A stretch of 64,000 bases of DNA from Octopus bimaculoides (GCF_001194135.2 NC_068989.1:81389874-81453873), one strand, 5' to 3'. Positions 13,528 through 27,120 are shown, counted from the stretch's first letter. Notes: generated by a model not told the origin, from the sequence alone. A program made the numbers and translations.

Positions 13528-13830
13528 CAAATTTTGGCACAATGCCAGAAATTTCAGGGGGAGAGGTAAGTCGATTACATCGAGTCCAGTGATCAAATGG
13601 CACTTATTTTATTGATTCCGAGGGGATGAAAGTCAAAGTCGACCTCGGCGGAATTTGAACTCAGAACATAAAGACGGATGAAATGCTGCTAATCATTTTG
13701 CCCGACGTTCTAACGATTCTGCCAGCTCACCACCTTAATCCTTATATCTATTGACACTATTTTACATATATTTACGTTCTGAGTTCAAATTCCACTGTGG
13801 TCGACTTTACTTTTCATGCTTCGCTTTTCA
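13528..13830. mobile_element. SINE A (-) 13528-13736 plus partial SINE A (+) 13771-13830, head to head
   Basis: AAAGTCGACCTCGGCGGAATTTGAACTCAGAAC and its near-complement GTTCTGAGTTCAAATTCCACTGTGGTCGACTTT. Confidence 0.85.
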
Positions 13831-13877
13831 ATATTTCCATAAAATGAGTACATATACATATATACATATACGTGTTA

Positions 13878-13913
<36 letters not shown>

Positions 13914-13947
13914 GCAAATCATTCGATATGTTTGTATGTCTACTGTG

Positions 13948-14220
13948 AAGGTGCGTGGCTTAGTGGTAAGGGTGTTTCATTCACAATCGTAAAACTAGAG
14001 TATCGATTCTGAGACCGGGCACTACGTTGTTTTCTCGAGCAAAACACTTCATTTGACGTTGCTCCATTTCATTCCGTTATAAAATGAGTTCCAGCGATAA
14101 TCTTGTGACGGAACCGGCGTCCTGTTCTGTGGGAATAGGATGGGGTGTTGTGCTCTCAGCCACTTTCACTCCATGGAAGCCGGATTAAACTCCGGCCTTT
14201 TGAGTCTTAGGGTTCAGAAC
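13948..14220 (+). mobile_element. SINE family E
   Basis: GAAGGTGCGTGGCTTAGTGGTAAGG...TCGAGCAAAACACTTCATTTGACGTTGCTCC. Confidence 0.7.
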
Positions 14221-14819
14221 ATAATCCAGTAATCTAGTTATCCATTCAACTAAACTGCTTACTCATTGTACTAGCGACCCACTACCTGAGTGTTCTGCAT
14301 TAATCCTAAGGCAAGCACGCGCAATGTATTTGATAAGGTGGTTTTTTTGAGTAACAGACACAGGTAGTTCTCATTTTCCAAGCTTCCGAATTACTAGCTG
14401 CTACTTTTAAGAACATTTTCTGTAGCAAAAATATAAATATTATTTAATTTTTTTAAAATTATAATTTGCAAGAAATTCAATGCATGATGCACAAAAGCGT
14501 TATCCAAGCGGGTGAGTAGGCCTATCAGCTAAGCCAAAGGTGAGAGTTAGCGACCATCAAACTTCCCTTGCTTAGCACCATTGCATCTGCCCCAACCCAA
14601 TGTGCATTTCTGCTATCAACTTGAGGTCGTTAATGAGCTGTCACTGCTTTCCTTTGCCGTTCATTTCTTTGGTTTAAATACAACCACCTCATTTACGAAT
14701 TCATGATTAACGATCAAAATTATGAAATAATTAACTAGTAATCTCTAACCTTAACCCGTACACTCACTCTGACGGTCTCCAACATACTTTCCATCGGTCT
14801 AGTTTCACGGACAAGGACT

Positions 14820-14930
14820 AGTCCGACCTGCTGGTTAGGGTAAAAGGCGTTTGCCTAAGAATCCATACAACGGGATCAAAGATGGAACCGCATGATTGCG
14901 AATCGAACTTCTTAAGCATTTGGATACGCC
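14820..14930 (-). mobile_element. Diverged SINE family B head
   Basis: Minus strand GCTTAAGAAGTTCGATTCGCAATCATGCGGTTCC...CTTAGGCAAACGCCTTT resembles the family B head and CORE region. Confidence 0.45.
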
Positions 14931-14937
14931 TTTGTCC

Positions 14938-14979
<42 letters not shown>

Positions 14980-16310
14980 TGAGCCAACGACCTTAGTACT
15001 AAACCACGCACCTTCATTCAACACAATATAGTACAACAGCGACACAATAGTAAAATACAACTGATAAGTTCTCTCAAACCCTAGTTACAATGTTACAAGT
15101 TAATCAAAATAATTGCAAATTGCAAAACATAGTAGTCACAAGATTATAAGGTTAAAATAGAAAGCAATGAAGGAAAAGGTCAAACATTATGAAATAATTA
15201 TGAATAGATATATCGAGGAGTATAGCAAAGGGAAATTATTCGCTCTTAATGAGAGCACTTAGTAATTAAGGACAGAAATAAAATTTATCTTTCATTTATC
15301 TGAACAAGAGTTGTAGACTGGATACCAGCCCGTTTGAATGTCTTACTCAATGTATTGGAAATTAATCGCATCCTGGCAGCCTTTCAAAACGTTGCCTTTC
15401 TATATACAATAATTCCTTCTACACTTTTCAACATTTCTTGCACATAAGAAAAAGATGAGTTGATTATGGTTATCTTCTCGATCGGGGCTGACCTGAGATT
15501 AAACAATAATAATTCCTTGTCTGGAATAGTGAAATGGTAATTCACTTTTGGAATAACATAATTCTAGATTTAGACTTGAAAGATCCAGAAGACATACGAA
15601 TTCAGCTTTCCACACAACAATGTTAAACCTATAGTTTGTTTTGAAGTCTCGTTGTTTAACTATGTTCTTATAAAATTATACCTTAACGAAGGACCATTGT
15701 ACGTATGGTTTCTAAATATGGACGAAATGTGCCTCCTTAGTTTATATTCTAGAAGTTAAATTTTAGTAACAATATTTGTGAAGTGTAACTCAGAAGGCAA
15801 ACAATTATATGTAAACAGAAAATTGACAACAGATTTCAATGTTTAAATATGTTTCCGATTGAGAAAATTTCGTTAAATATGAATATATTTTCATTGTTTT
15901 AGAAGTTCCTAGCTTATAAAGCTGATTTTTGTGTTATTGACATAGGGGCTAGCTTCAGGCTTCTTTGAAAAGGGGAAACTGTACAACTGAACAAAAGTGA
16001 ATTTCAAAACGATTAAGAACAAAAAAACTATTTACTTGCTTTTGTTGCGTTTAGCCCTCGGTCACCCTGATCGAGTAGATCTATGACGAAAGACGTTCCA
16101 GTCATTATCATCCATTTTATTAGTATATCAAGGATTACATAACCCAGTTTGTCCCTCCATATATGATAAAACAGAGTATGATTTAAGGAATATTTGGCTG
16201 CTATTTACAGTATATCGAACAACTACGTAGATGCTCCCTCATTGGCTGAGTTTTATATATAGATACATGAGATATATAGATGTGTTGTGTGTGTTTATGC
16301 GCATGTGTGT

Positions 16311-16385
<75 letters not shown>

Positions 16386-16489
16386 CATACATACTTGCAC
16401 ACATATGCATACATGATGGTCGCTCACGTCAGTTTCGACGTATGAGTGTTTGAAGGAGAGGACATAACGTTAAAGAGAGTAATAGAAAG

Positions 16490-17425
16490 AAAGAGAAGAA
16501 AAAAACCCATTAAGAAGCTGCATCTATTTGCGATGGATGCGTGTGAATGTAATTTGAGTCAAGGGATGGATTTTGGTATGAAGTCGGAATGGGGGACATT
16601 GATGATTTTGATTTTGCCTGAGATTGGGCAAGTGAGTCTGCTGGTTGCAGGATATAGTTCTTCTATTGTTCTTTTTCTTCAACTCAAATTGTTTGGATCC
16701 ATCGTGACACATTTTATGCCATGCAGATCGATCTAGGCAATGACTTTCCCAAGATGTCAGGTTAAGCTGTAGAGATTTTATTGATTACTTCAAATTAGCC
16801 TTATACCTAAGGAGATGTCTTCCTTTGCCGCGATATCCCTCCACTTGTTGGTCATACAGAAGAATTTTCGGAATGCAATCATTTTTCATTCGAACATGTC
16901 CTACCTATCTCCATTGAATTCTCATCAGCATGCTTTGATTACTGGAGATATCACGTTTTTCTAAGATTTTGGCATTAGATATCTTATCTTGCCATTTTAT
17001 GTTGCATATGTTACGCCAACAGCAACTGTGGAAGGTTTCAAGTGTCTTTATATATCTGTAGTAGGGACTTCATGCATCTGCACCATACAAAAGTGCGCTC
17101 AAAATACAAGATTTGTATACACTTATTTTAGTTTTCAGACTGACAACGTGTTTATCCCACAAACGATGGCCGAGTCTTCCAAAAGCACTTAGTTATTTTA
17201 ACTTTGATTTCGTCATCCAAAGTACTCTTAACGTTTATTGTACTTCCAACATATTTAAATGACCTGACCCACTTCAGTGGCTTGTTGTTCATCATCACGT
17301 TTGAGTCTTGGTTGGAATAAAACTTCAGTCTTCTTGATGTTGATAGTCAGTTGAAATGGACGAGTTGCCGCAGGAAATCTGCCGACCGTTCCCTGAATTC
17401 AGCTAACAGAAAGTTACGGAGGAAC
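16490..17425 (-). mobile_element. RTE-clade (BovB-like) LINE 3' part, degenerate
   Basis: Minus strand reads LTINIKKTEVLFQP, FKYVGSTIN...LDDEIK, AFGRLGHRLWDKH...LKTKISVYKSCILSALLYGAD and LDRSAWHKMCHDGSKQFE. Confidence 0.85.
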
Positions 17426-17573
17426 TCTTCCTTGGTTTTCTTTCTTTTTTTATCTGAAATTTTGTCCTTATGTGTGTGTATTCATAGAAGAAGTGAATTT
17501 ATAGGTTAATATATACTAGCTATAGTTATTACACACACACACACACATGTATGTGTGTGTGTACATACATATA

Positions 17574-17605
<32 letters not shown>

Positions 17606-17829
17606 CATATATATATATATATATACATATATNNNNNNNNNNNNNNNNNNNNNNNNNNNNNNNNNNNNNNNNNNNNNNNNNNNNNNNNNNNNNNNNNNNN
17701 NNNNNNNNNNNNNNNNNNNNNNNNNNNNNNNNNNNNNNNNNNNNNNNNNNNNNNNNNNNNNNNNNNNNNNNNNNNNNNNNNNNNNNNNNNNNNNNNNNNN
17801 NNNNNNNNNNNNNNNNNNNNNNNNNNNNN

Positions 17830-17862
<33 letters not shown>

Positions 17863-17866
17863 TAGT

Positions 17867-18077
17867 CTTTTTTTATTCTTTTATTTGTTTCAGTCATTTG
17901 ACTGCGACCATGCTGGAGCACCGCCTTTAGTCGAGCAAATCGACCCAGGAATTATTCTTTGTAAGCCTAGTACTTATTCTATCGGTCTCTTTTGCCGAAC
18001 CACTAAGTTACGGGGACGTAAACACACCAACATCGGTTGTCAAGTGATGGTGGGGAGACAAACACAGACACACAAGC

Positions 18078-18133
<56 letters not shown>

Positions 18134-18176
18134 CGGGCTTCTTTCAGTTTCCGTCTAGTAAATCCACTCACAAGTA
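17867..18176 (-). mobile_element. SINE family B, 5'-truncated, with internal (TA)/(TG)n
   Basis: Reverse complement of the full copy at 43623-44076. Confidence 0.9.
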
Positions 18177-18974
18177 GAGAAGGGAAAAGAGATGGCTATC
18201 AGTCTAATGTTAAAGCATTTATTCGGTTGAATAAAGTTTCAACACTTAAAGGACCGCAAGCGCTAAAAACTTTACTCGGAGAGATGCAATACGATACGTC
18301 AGTCAAAAGAACTGTTGCAAGCGTTCAAATGGGTTAAAAGCATATTTCCTGTAATGGAGATATACCTGGAACCTGGATTTTTGCAGGACAAGACGTACGA
18401 TAATGCCATCAATTCTTGTCCAAAAAGAAATCGGTAAATTCTGGAAAAGTAAGATTCTCATGTCGATATCTGACTGAGTAAGCTCAACGATGTCCTCAGA
18501 TTTTCTAAGAACGTCTGTTTTTATGAATTTGAAAAATAACTGAATTCACGAATAGCGTATAGGAAAAATAATATGATTTAAATCTAAATTCATAAAATGA
18601 CTTGCAATCATCTGATCATTAGAATGTTTTCAGTCATTTAATCCAAAGCTTAATGCATACACTAAATTCATTCAACAGCTTGAAATAATTTCTAAATTTC
18701 TGATGACAACTTTTGGATGATATCACTGTACTACGTGTTGACAGAAACAAACATAAATCTGGTTCCAAATTTAATTTTTGTTTATATTTTCATGCACCAT
18801 TCAAATGACGTGCATTTGATAAAATGTTTTAAATGAACAAAAAAAGATCCTTTTAAGCAGTACATGAATATACAAAAATGCTAGAAGAAATTAAAGAAAT
18901 TGAAAATGAGGAATGTGTAAGTTTTTATAAAATTGATTTAAAAAAAGTACTGCAATAAGCAATGTAATATTGGT

Positions 18975-19135
18975 TTTGAATTTCGGCACAAGACCAGCAA
19001 TTTTGGGGGAGGGTGTGAGTCGATTACCTCGACCCCAGTGATCAACTGGTACTTATTTTATCGACACCGCAAGGATGAAAAGCAAAGTCGATTTCGGTGG
19101 AATTTGAACTTAGAAAAGACAGACAAAATGCCCAG
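18975..19135 (-). mobile_element. SINE family A, partial
   Basis: AAAGTCGATTTCGGTGGAATTTGAACTTAG. Confidence 0.85.
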
Positions 19136-19514
19136 CAAAGTTAATATTGAAATGCAAATTAACATTGCCAGTCAAGTAGATGTATACCTCCGAACTTCTG
19201 AATTGCTTTGAATAAAGCACAATTAAGACTGCATAATAGCTAACAAAAGGGATTTGTATGATCACTCATTGAAATTTGAAGAGGAGCTTGACGTATTAAT
19301 GGGAACAAATAAGACAATAATTGTCTAAGAGTGTCATTGTGGTAGAATTAAAATAATAACTCAATGGCGTCCTTTTTTTAATTTTTTATTATTTTTAGCA
19401 TAGACGTGATGAATATTGATAGTTCAGCAAACTTTGCCAACGGTGTCAGTTACATTTCTTGATAAACGAAAACAATTAAAACAATTCGTTTCTGAGAAAT
19501 GTGATATTATTGTC

Positions 19515-19730
19515 GTGCTAGTAGTAGCAGTATGCAAGGCGCCGGGCAAATGCTTAGCAGCATTTCGTCCGTCTTTACGTTCTGAGTTCAAATTCTGCCG
19601 CGGTCGACTTTGCTTTTTTATCCTTTTGGAGACGATGAACTAAAGTACCACTCAGGTACTGGGGGGTTAATGGTATCGAATTACCCCTCCCCCGAATTGC
19701 TGGCATTGTGTCAAAATTTGAAACTAATAT
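19515..19730 (+). mobile_element. SINE family A
   Basis: GCCGGGCAAATGCTTAGCAGCATTTCGTCCGTCTTTACGTTCTGAGTTCAAATTC...AAAATTTGAAAC. Confidence 0.85.
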
Positions 19731-20284
19731 TGACAGTATGCATTTTGCTGTTTACGTTCAATGTTGATTGATACATTGAACAAAACTTCTGAATGCAAAG
19801 GAGTAAAAGATGGTGTTTGCAACAACAAATTTATTTGGATAAACGGAATATGACACAACACTAAGTATTAGAATATTCGTGCTGACCGGATTTGGGTTAA
19901 CACATGTAAACAAAGCATCAAATACATTCAGTCTACGTATAAACGAATAATCGAAGCAAAGCGTCAAAACGACGAACAGCTAGAAGGATAACTGTAAAAG
20001 TAATACAGCAATTTACCTTGAAATTCATTGATATTTAATCTTATTACTAATGCATTACAAGTTTTTGTACTAACCAACTTTTGGATATCAGGTTTAAACA
20101 AACTAATGAAGTATCTGGCCGATTCAATCTCGAAGCGTCAGACCGATTCATCACAAAAACCATCTCGCTCAGCTCGGCTGAGCGTTAAAAGAGGAATACA
20201 TACTTTGAATTGATAACAAGTACAAAGGAATGGAGTATATAAAACATGACATTGTCAGAAACAAATAAACGATAAATTTTTGTT

Positions 20285-20478
20285 TCAAATTGCTGGCACG
20301 AGGCCAGAAATTTCGAATAGTTGATTACATCGACTTCAGTGTTCAAATGATACTTATTTTATCGACTCCGAAATGCCGAGTCCATTTCATTGAAATTTGA
20401 ACTTAGAACGCAAAGATGGACAAAATGTCGCTGCACATTTTTTACCCGACGTGCTAACGATTCTGCCAACTCGTCACG
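20285..20478 (-). mobile_element. SINE family A, diverged
   Basis: GAAATTTGAACTTAGAACG...GTGCTAACGATTCTGCCAACTCG. Confidence 0.8.
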
Positions 20479-21149
20479 TAAATAAGGGACGAAAATTTTT
20501 AAAATGTATATATATATACATAATGTTGGTACTTATTCCTCACGTCTTGCAAACCAATAACAAAAGACAAATGAATACGAGAGGAATACATATCTATTTT
20601 ACCCATATTTTACAAATACCCTAAAAAAAATTAAATAAATAACAACAACCAAACTTACGACAATATTTTTGCATAAAATTTAGAAAGAAAATAATTCTAA
20701 TCTGAACTTAACGTTGGATTAGAATAGACTTTCGAACCCAGAGCTCTGAAATGGTGCACCATGACACCCTTATTTACCGCGAGATGTCGCTATATTCACC
20801 TAAAAAATGATTAAATTATATTTCTAAAAATAGTTTTAAAAAATTAAAAAAATAAAATTATAAATAAAAATTCCTGACAATTTTGTTTAATCTATTAGAT
20901 AAAAAAATAATTATTATAATTTTTTGTAATGTTAATTATTTAGCTAAGATAAATAATTAACATATAAACTATTTCTTTTAAAATTCTGCTTTTGACTTCA
21001 TACGCAAAATACGCCAAACTATCTTACGTGTGCTATAAATAAGATTAATGAACTACAAATTTTAAAAGCTACAGGCTTATAACCTGCCATCCTGCAGCTT
21101 ATAAAATCTTGACTGAAATAGTATTGTAGAGAATAATAAAAAAACTAGA

Positions 21150-21524
21150 AAAAAAAGTAACTTAAATCCCGAAAAACAGAAAGGATACTACAAAACTCAT
21201 ATGGTTTAAATAACAATTATGGTTCAACAAGGCCATAACTGAAGATTCAAAAAGGATAATGAAAGATTTCAGCATAGCATGGATTGACTATCAGAACTCT
21301 TTTAGCTCTATACACGCATAGCTCCATACACGCATAACTCCATACACGCATAGCTCCATACAGGCTTAGCTCCATACACGTGGACCTTTGAAATATTAGC
21401 CGTGAGTAAGTGACAAACAATTGTATAGATACAGACGAAAAAAGAATTATAAAAACTATACCGCGTCTCTATTAGAAGAGGAATATTCCAAGGGGATACA
21501 CACACACACACACACACACACACA

Positions 21525-21575
<51 letters not shown>

Positions 21576-23060
21576 TTTCTCCACTCCTTTTGTGCACGGC
21601 GCTAAAGTCTCCAATCAAATTCTTACGCAGGACTAGACTCGAATACAAATGCCATAGAAGAACACTCATCTTTTCTCTAAAAATGACGCCAAGTTTTATT
21701 TACGCTGCAGATAATAAGAATAAGACCTCCACTGCAGACAATACATGGATTTACAAGAGAATTCTAAGTGATATTTTGGATTAGAAAAAAATAACCAGGG
21801 TAGCTTTGAAATGAGGAAAATTTATCTCAAACGATGACATGGTGTTTGATAAAGAAACATGGTTAAGAGGATTACAACACGGACTTATAAATATTTAAGA
21901 ATCACAGAAGTAGACAGTGAGTGTACAATACATATAAATGAAACGAAATGTTAAGGTGAGGATTATTATATATGAATGCAATAGATTAATATTTAAGCAG
22001 AGTTAATTACAAAACAAAGTAATAGCTATCAATAATCTAGATGTTCCCAGTGATATTATAGTTATATTCTCAGCTGGGTGTTAAATAAACTATCGAAACC
22101 AGATAAATGTAAGAAAGATATTGACTAAATTTAGGATACAGGTCCCAAAATGTATCAAAAATATGAAACTGGATAATTATAAGATCTTTCTAGAAAAACA
22201 TCTAGAAAATGGAAGACTGATGAAAAAAAAAATCATTCGTCCTTCAAAAGATCCAACAAAAAAAGACACCTGAAGTGATAGACAATTGTGAAGAGAATGG
22301 GGGAAATAAGAGAAATTGTGAGAAGTCTAAAAACGTAGCTAATAATGGGGATGAAAAATACCTTGCTATAATGTTGGCAAGAAAAGTCCTTCCACGACTT
22401 ATATCTGAAAAAAAATCTGCAAAGAAAAGTGGCGACAGTGGATAAGAAGCGCAGGACATGAGGCTTTTACGGAAAGATTATCCTTTACAGCCTAGGTTCA
22501 AAGTGTTCTTATTAAAAGCCACCAAAAGTATGAAATGTAACAGAATACATTAAGTAATTGCAAAACAAGTGAAGGATAGGAAGGAAAATCATATTGTCTT
22601 AACCAAGGCAAAATACATTTGTTAGCTTGATAGAATTGATGCTTTCATACACTGGAAATTGTGACAGGATTATGAAATACCAACAAAATAGGATTATAGA
22701 AGTACAATGACACAATGACGTAGAATACTGTCAATACAAGAGTAACAACAAAACTAAAATAACATATGCAAGGCCAACAAGCTGCACTCAGTAATGTAAT
22801 GAATATATACAATTAAAATATGATTACGGGGGGTAAAAAAAAGCGATTTATTTATTGGTCACAAAAGTCCTAACATACAAATAAAATAGTGGTACGAAAA
22901 CGTCTGGGGATGAACAAGATAAAAGGGAAGTGTAAGAATGTGATACAATAAACATATCGAAATAAATAAATATCAGGTTATGTATAAACACAGTTAAAAC
23001 AAGGTATAACAAAAATATGTAAAAGGCAGCCTGAGTAACCCACTCATACACTGGAGAGAA
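21150..23060 (+). mobile_element. Old R4/Dong LINE relic (RT to 3' end), interrupted by repeats
   Basis: Ordered remnants: AWIDYQN (RT), TYKYLRITE, KWRQWIRSAG, FIHWKL, and a KAA..THTLE end resembling KAALLGTAHILRKVL. Many stops and frameshifts. Confidence 0.65.
21306..21382. repeat. 16-bp tandem repeat CCATACACGCATAGCT, about 4.5 copies
   Basis: Read directly. Confidence 0.9.
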
Positions 23061-23390
23061 ACAATAATGTTTGGATCAGTGCATCATTTTCGTCCAGGTC
23101 GTCTAACACATCCATCTGCAACTTGGTTATGATCTGAACACTCCTATTTTCTTTGCTGTCTGCGGGATCAATTTTCTTTTCTGCGCTCGTTTTCTCTTTT
23201 GTTTTGCCATCGTCCATAGCTTTTCACTCCTCTTTAACCTCCGTTCGCTCATCATCATCATCATCACATGTTGATAGGGAATCTTTACTCGAAGGTCTTT
23301 CTGCCTTCTGGTTGTCAGCTTCTTAGTCATCAGCTTGCTGGCACCAAAGTCGAGGTTTTCGACTTTCCTCTGAGCTGAGACCTGTGGTCC
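23045..23390 (-). pseudogene. Coding-like acidic segment with two in-frame stops, identity unknown
   Basis: One minus frame reads EADNQKAERPSSKDSLSTCDDDDDERTEVKEE*KAMDDGKTKEKTSAEKKIDPADSKENRSVQIITKLQMDVLDDLDENDALIQ. Confidence 0.35.
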
Positions 23391-23429
23391 CTACCCCACC
23401 TCTCTCTCTCTCTCTCACTCTCTCTTTCC

Positions 23430-23465
<36 letters not shown>

Positions 23466-23929
23466 NNNNNNNNNNNNNNNNNNNNNNNNNNNNNNNNNNN
23501 NNNNNNNNNNNNNNNNNNNNNNNNNNNNNNNNNNNNNNNNNNNNNNNNNNNNNNNNNNNNNNNNNNNNNNNNNNNNNNNNNNNNNNNNNNNNNNNNNNNN
23601 NNNNNNNNNNNNNNNNNNNNNNNNNNNNNNNNNNNNNNNNNNNNNNNNNNNNNNNNNNNNNNNNNNNNNNNNNNNNNNNNNNNNNNNNNNNNNNNNNNNN
23701 NNNNNNNNNNNNNNNNNNNNNNNNNNNNNNNNNNNNNNNNNNNNNNNNNNNNNNNNNNNNNNNNNNNNNNNNNNNNNNNNNNNNNNNNNNNNNNNNNNNN
23801 NNNNNNNNNNNNNNNNNNNNNNNNNNNNNNNNNNNNNNNNNNNNNNNNNNNNNNNNNNNNNNNNNNNNNNNNNNNNNNNNNNNNNNNNNNNNNNNNNNNN
23901 NNNNNNNNNNNNNNNNNNNNNNNNNNNNN

Positions 23930-23979
<50 letters not shown>

Positions 23980-24089
23980 AGCTATCTCTCCCTCACTCCG
24001 GCTTTCTCTCGCTCTCACTCACTCACTCACTCACTCACTCACTCATTCACTTACTCTCTCTCTCTTTCATCATTACTTTTCCTGTAATT

Positions 24090-24570
24090 CTTCATGCAGC
24101 ATGTTTGAAAGCAGGGTTTTCTGCCCGGTATGAAAGTCGTAACGCTTTATATCCTGCATCCAACGATACAGCTCCTGGATGGTCCTCTACTCTTCGAGGG
24201 CCATCAGAACTTGCACGTCTATGCAAACCTCTTCACATGTTATTTTGGTCACCTTGCTACTCACTATTTACTTGTGCCATACCGTAAAGGTAACGACAAG
24301 TCTAAGAACAGTAACGCTCCTTATATATCTGACTGTGACCGTTGTGTTCAACCGCCATTTATATTATGGCCCTGTCTTATAGACAGGTGTTTTACGCACC
24401 AACTTACCTATTCCTTCACCTCGTCCACGGCCTTGAAGCTTAAACGTAAATTCCCACATGCCCTTCATCGTCCCACGAAAACCGCACTATTCTGTAATAG
24501 TTCAGTTAGGGCTTCTTTCAACTATTCTCTTGAGCGTGTACTGAAAACCCCTGCGGCTTTTGGTAAGCAG
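24090..24570 (-). mobile_element. Highly degenerate RTE-like RT fragment
   Basis: Minus strand E*CGFRG (cf. EQCGFR) and DVQVLMALEE*RTIQELYRW...KRYDFHTGQKT (cf. ADD.VL.A.S...LQ...W....GL..N..KT). The overlapping + ORF 24130-24702 is treated as incidental. Confidence 0.45.
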
Positions 24571-24699
24571 TGGTATATTACATGTTTTCTTGCATTTCTT
24601 TTCTTTTCTTTTTTTTTTGGACAAAATTGTCAGGCAATGAGAAGAAACTTCATGACATCTGTTCCACACTCTGTTATTTATTTATTTATTTATTTATTT

Positions 24700-25085
24700 T
24701 GAGAGCATGGCCATATTCGGAATTACTTTGCATTTCATCCTTGCGAGGTTCATAAAATAAGTACCAGTTGATCACTGGGATCGATTGTAATCGACTTACC
24801 CCCACTCTCGAACTTGCTGGACTTGTTGCCAAAATTTGAAACCATTATCATTACTATTAAGACAGAGGCGGCGAACAGGTAGGGTTGTTAACACGCCGGA
24901 CAAAATGTTTAGTGACATTTCGTCCGTCCTTACATTCTAAGTTCAAATTCTACCGAGGTCGACTTTGCCTTTCATCCTTTCGAGGTCGATATAATAAGTA
25001 ACAGCTGAGCACTGGAGTCGATGTAATCGACTCACCCACCTCCCCAAAATTTCAGGCCATGTGCCTATAGCAGAAGGATCATTAT
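24700..25085 (+). mobile_element. Two tandem SINE family A copies
   Basis: Core and tail at 24700-24850; full copy starting GGCGGCGAACAGGTAGG at 24866. Confidence 0.85.
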
Positions 25086-25104
25086 TATTATCATTAAGGA
25101 GATA

Positions 25105-25570
25105 ATGCCCTCCAATAATGTTGTGGGATGCTGAACGGAAGGACCGGTTAAATTGCTCGGGGTCTGGTTTGGTCCGGATCTCCAGGTGGAGAAGAACTGG
25201 GACGAGGTGACGAGCAGGGTGGCCAATATCACCTAAAAATGGGCCGAGAGAAAGCTATTTCTGAAAGGTTGGGTGGATGTTGCAAATACTTATATCGCTT
25301 CCGTCATATACTACCGCCTGACCGTCGAGTTCTGTCCCGGTTTAAGTCTGACCAAACTGTAGCGCATACTCTTTCGCTTTCTATGGTTAGGTGCTCCACT
25401 GGTCAAGCGCTTGGCATTCTATAAAGGGTTAGTTGCGCGAAAGTGAGGGTAGAGAGGGAAGTACTGCCGCCCAGCAACTTTGTTGAAAGGTGAGTGAATT
25501 TTGCAAAAATGGTCCGAATGGACAGGTCTACTCTAAGCATGCGACTATAGACGGTGAGGAGAGGACACTT
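25105..25570 (+). mobile_element. Tx1/L1-clade LINE fragment (RT C-terminal region)
   Basis: GPVKLLGVWFGPDLQVEKNWDEVTSRVANIT*KWAERKLFLKGWVDVANTYIASVIYYRLTV. Confidence 0.75.
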
Positions 25571-25790
25571 GCTCTAGTGATCAGAGCCTCAGTGGTTTTT
25601 GTAGGGGTTGTATGAGCAGCCCTATGAAGTCTCTCTCTTTTTTAAAGGGAATTTTTTTCGCTGTTAAAATTTATTTTGTTATTGTTCTTCATTGTTTACA
25701 CGCTTCATTTTATGTAACTCCACGTGGTAATGTCAAGTACTGTCCCCAACGGGTTTTTTCTTGTAAACCCTTAGTGGTTGATAAAGTAAA

Positions 25791-25831
<41 letters not shown>

Positions 25832-25853
25832 GAATGTGAAGAATACAGAAAAT

Positions 25854-26841
25854 GGAGAAGTACTGATAAACAACAATTGACTTACATCGATTGTTATTAT
25901 TAATCCAATGCAAATTGTGAAGAATAAATAAATAGGCGCAGTAGTGACTGTGTGGTAAGTAGCTTGCTTACCAACCACATGGTTCCGGGTTCAGTCCCAC
26001 TGCGTGGCACCTTGAGCAAGTGTCTTCTACTGTAGCCTCAGGCCGACCAAAGCCTTGTGAGTGGATTTGGTAGACGGATATATGTATATATGTATATATA
26101 TATANNNNNNNNNNNNNNNNNNNNNNNNNNNNNNNNNNNNNNNNNNNNNNNNNNNNNNNNNNNNNNNNNNNNNNNNNNNNNNNNNNNNNNNNNNNNNNNN
26201 NNNNNNNNNNNNNNNNNNNNNNNNNNNNNNNNNNNNNNNNNNNNNNNNNNNNNNNNNNNNNNNNNNNNNNNNNNNNNNNNNNNNNNNNNNNNNNNNNNNN
26301 NNNNNNNNNNNNNNNNNNNNNNNNNNNNNNNNNNNNNNNNNNNNNNNNNNNNNNNNNNNNNNNNNNNNNNNNNNNNNNNNNNNNNNNNNNNNNNNNNNNN
26401 NNNNNNNNNNNNNNNNNNNNNNNNNNNNNNNNNNNNNNNNNNNNNNNNNNNNNNNNNNNNNNNNNNNNNNNNNNNNNNNNNNNNNNNNNNNNNNNNNNNN
26501 NNNNNNNNNNNNNNNNNNNNNNNNNNNNNNNNNNNNNNNNNNNNNNNNNNNNNNNNNNNNNNNNNNNGTCAAAATGACTGAAACAAGTAAAAGTGTAAAA
26601 GAGTAAAGATGAGCATACGCTCTTTGCTCTTCTTTACTTATTCTTCACTCTGATGAAGTTCCTTGTTTCAGATAAGTTTTATTACCAAATATGATTAATA
26701 CTTTTACATATTTTTCATATCAATGGCAATACCATACAACATTGGAAGCAGAAACAGCTGTTAGATGGGATGCAGTCTATTTGCATTGAATTAATAAATA
26801 ACAATTGATGTAAGTCAATTGTTGTTTATCAGTGCTTCTCC
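25854..26841. repeat. ~62-bp imperfect inverted repeat (25854-25915 / 26779-26841) enclosing a SINE B; MITE-like host element
   Basis: GGAGAAGTACTGATAAACAACAATTGACTTACATCGATTGTT... is mirrored by ...AACAATTGATGTAAGTCAATTGTTGTTTATCAGTGCTTCTCC. Confidence 0.75.
25934..26605 (+). mobile_element. SINE family B (spans gap 26105-26567)
   Basis: Head GGCGCAGTAGTGACTGTGTGGTAAG...GGGTTCAGTCCCAC, CORE-like CACCTTGAGCAAGTGTCTT, tail GACTGAAACAAGTAAAAG. Confidence 0.9.
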
Positions 26842-27049
26842 GGTTTATGTTTTCTTTAAATTTTGAATCTTGATAAACCCATGTTTATCCTTGTCTTTAC
26901 CTATAATTTATGAGCATAATATGCTTGCATATGTACGTCCATGGTTAAATATAGGTAATATACCGGTGGTATAATGGATACTTCTATCCCTTAGACGGTT
27001 ATTTTAACGTCTAACTCAACTAACCTATTATCATTATTATTATTATTAC

Positions 27050-27120
<71 letters not shown>

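Noticed and set aside
18190-18720. Possible hAT-like transposase remnant on the minus strand
   Set aside because: No diagnostic motif was recovered.
21306-21382. Short tandem repeats (also 31626-31669 and 39425-39710) as CRISPR-like arrays
   Set aside because: There are no unique spacers and no cas genes, and the context is eukaryotic; these are minisatellites.
24130-24702. 190-aa + strand ORF
   Set aside because: No recognisable motif; the opposite strand looks like a decayed RTE RT, so the ORF is probably incidental.
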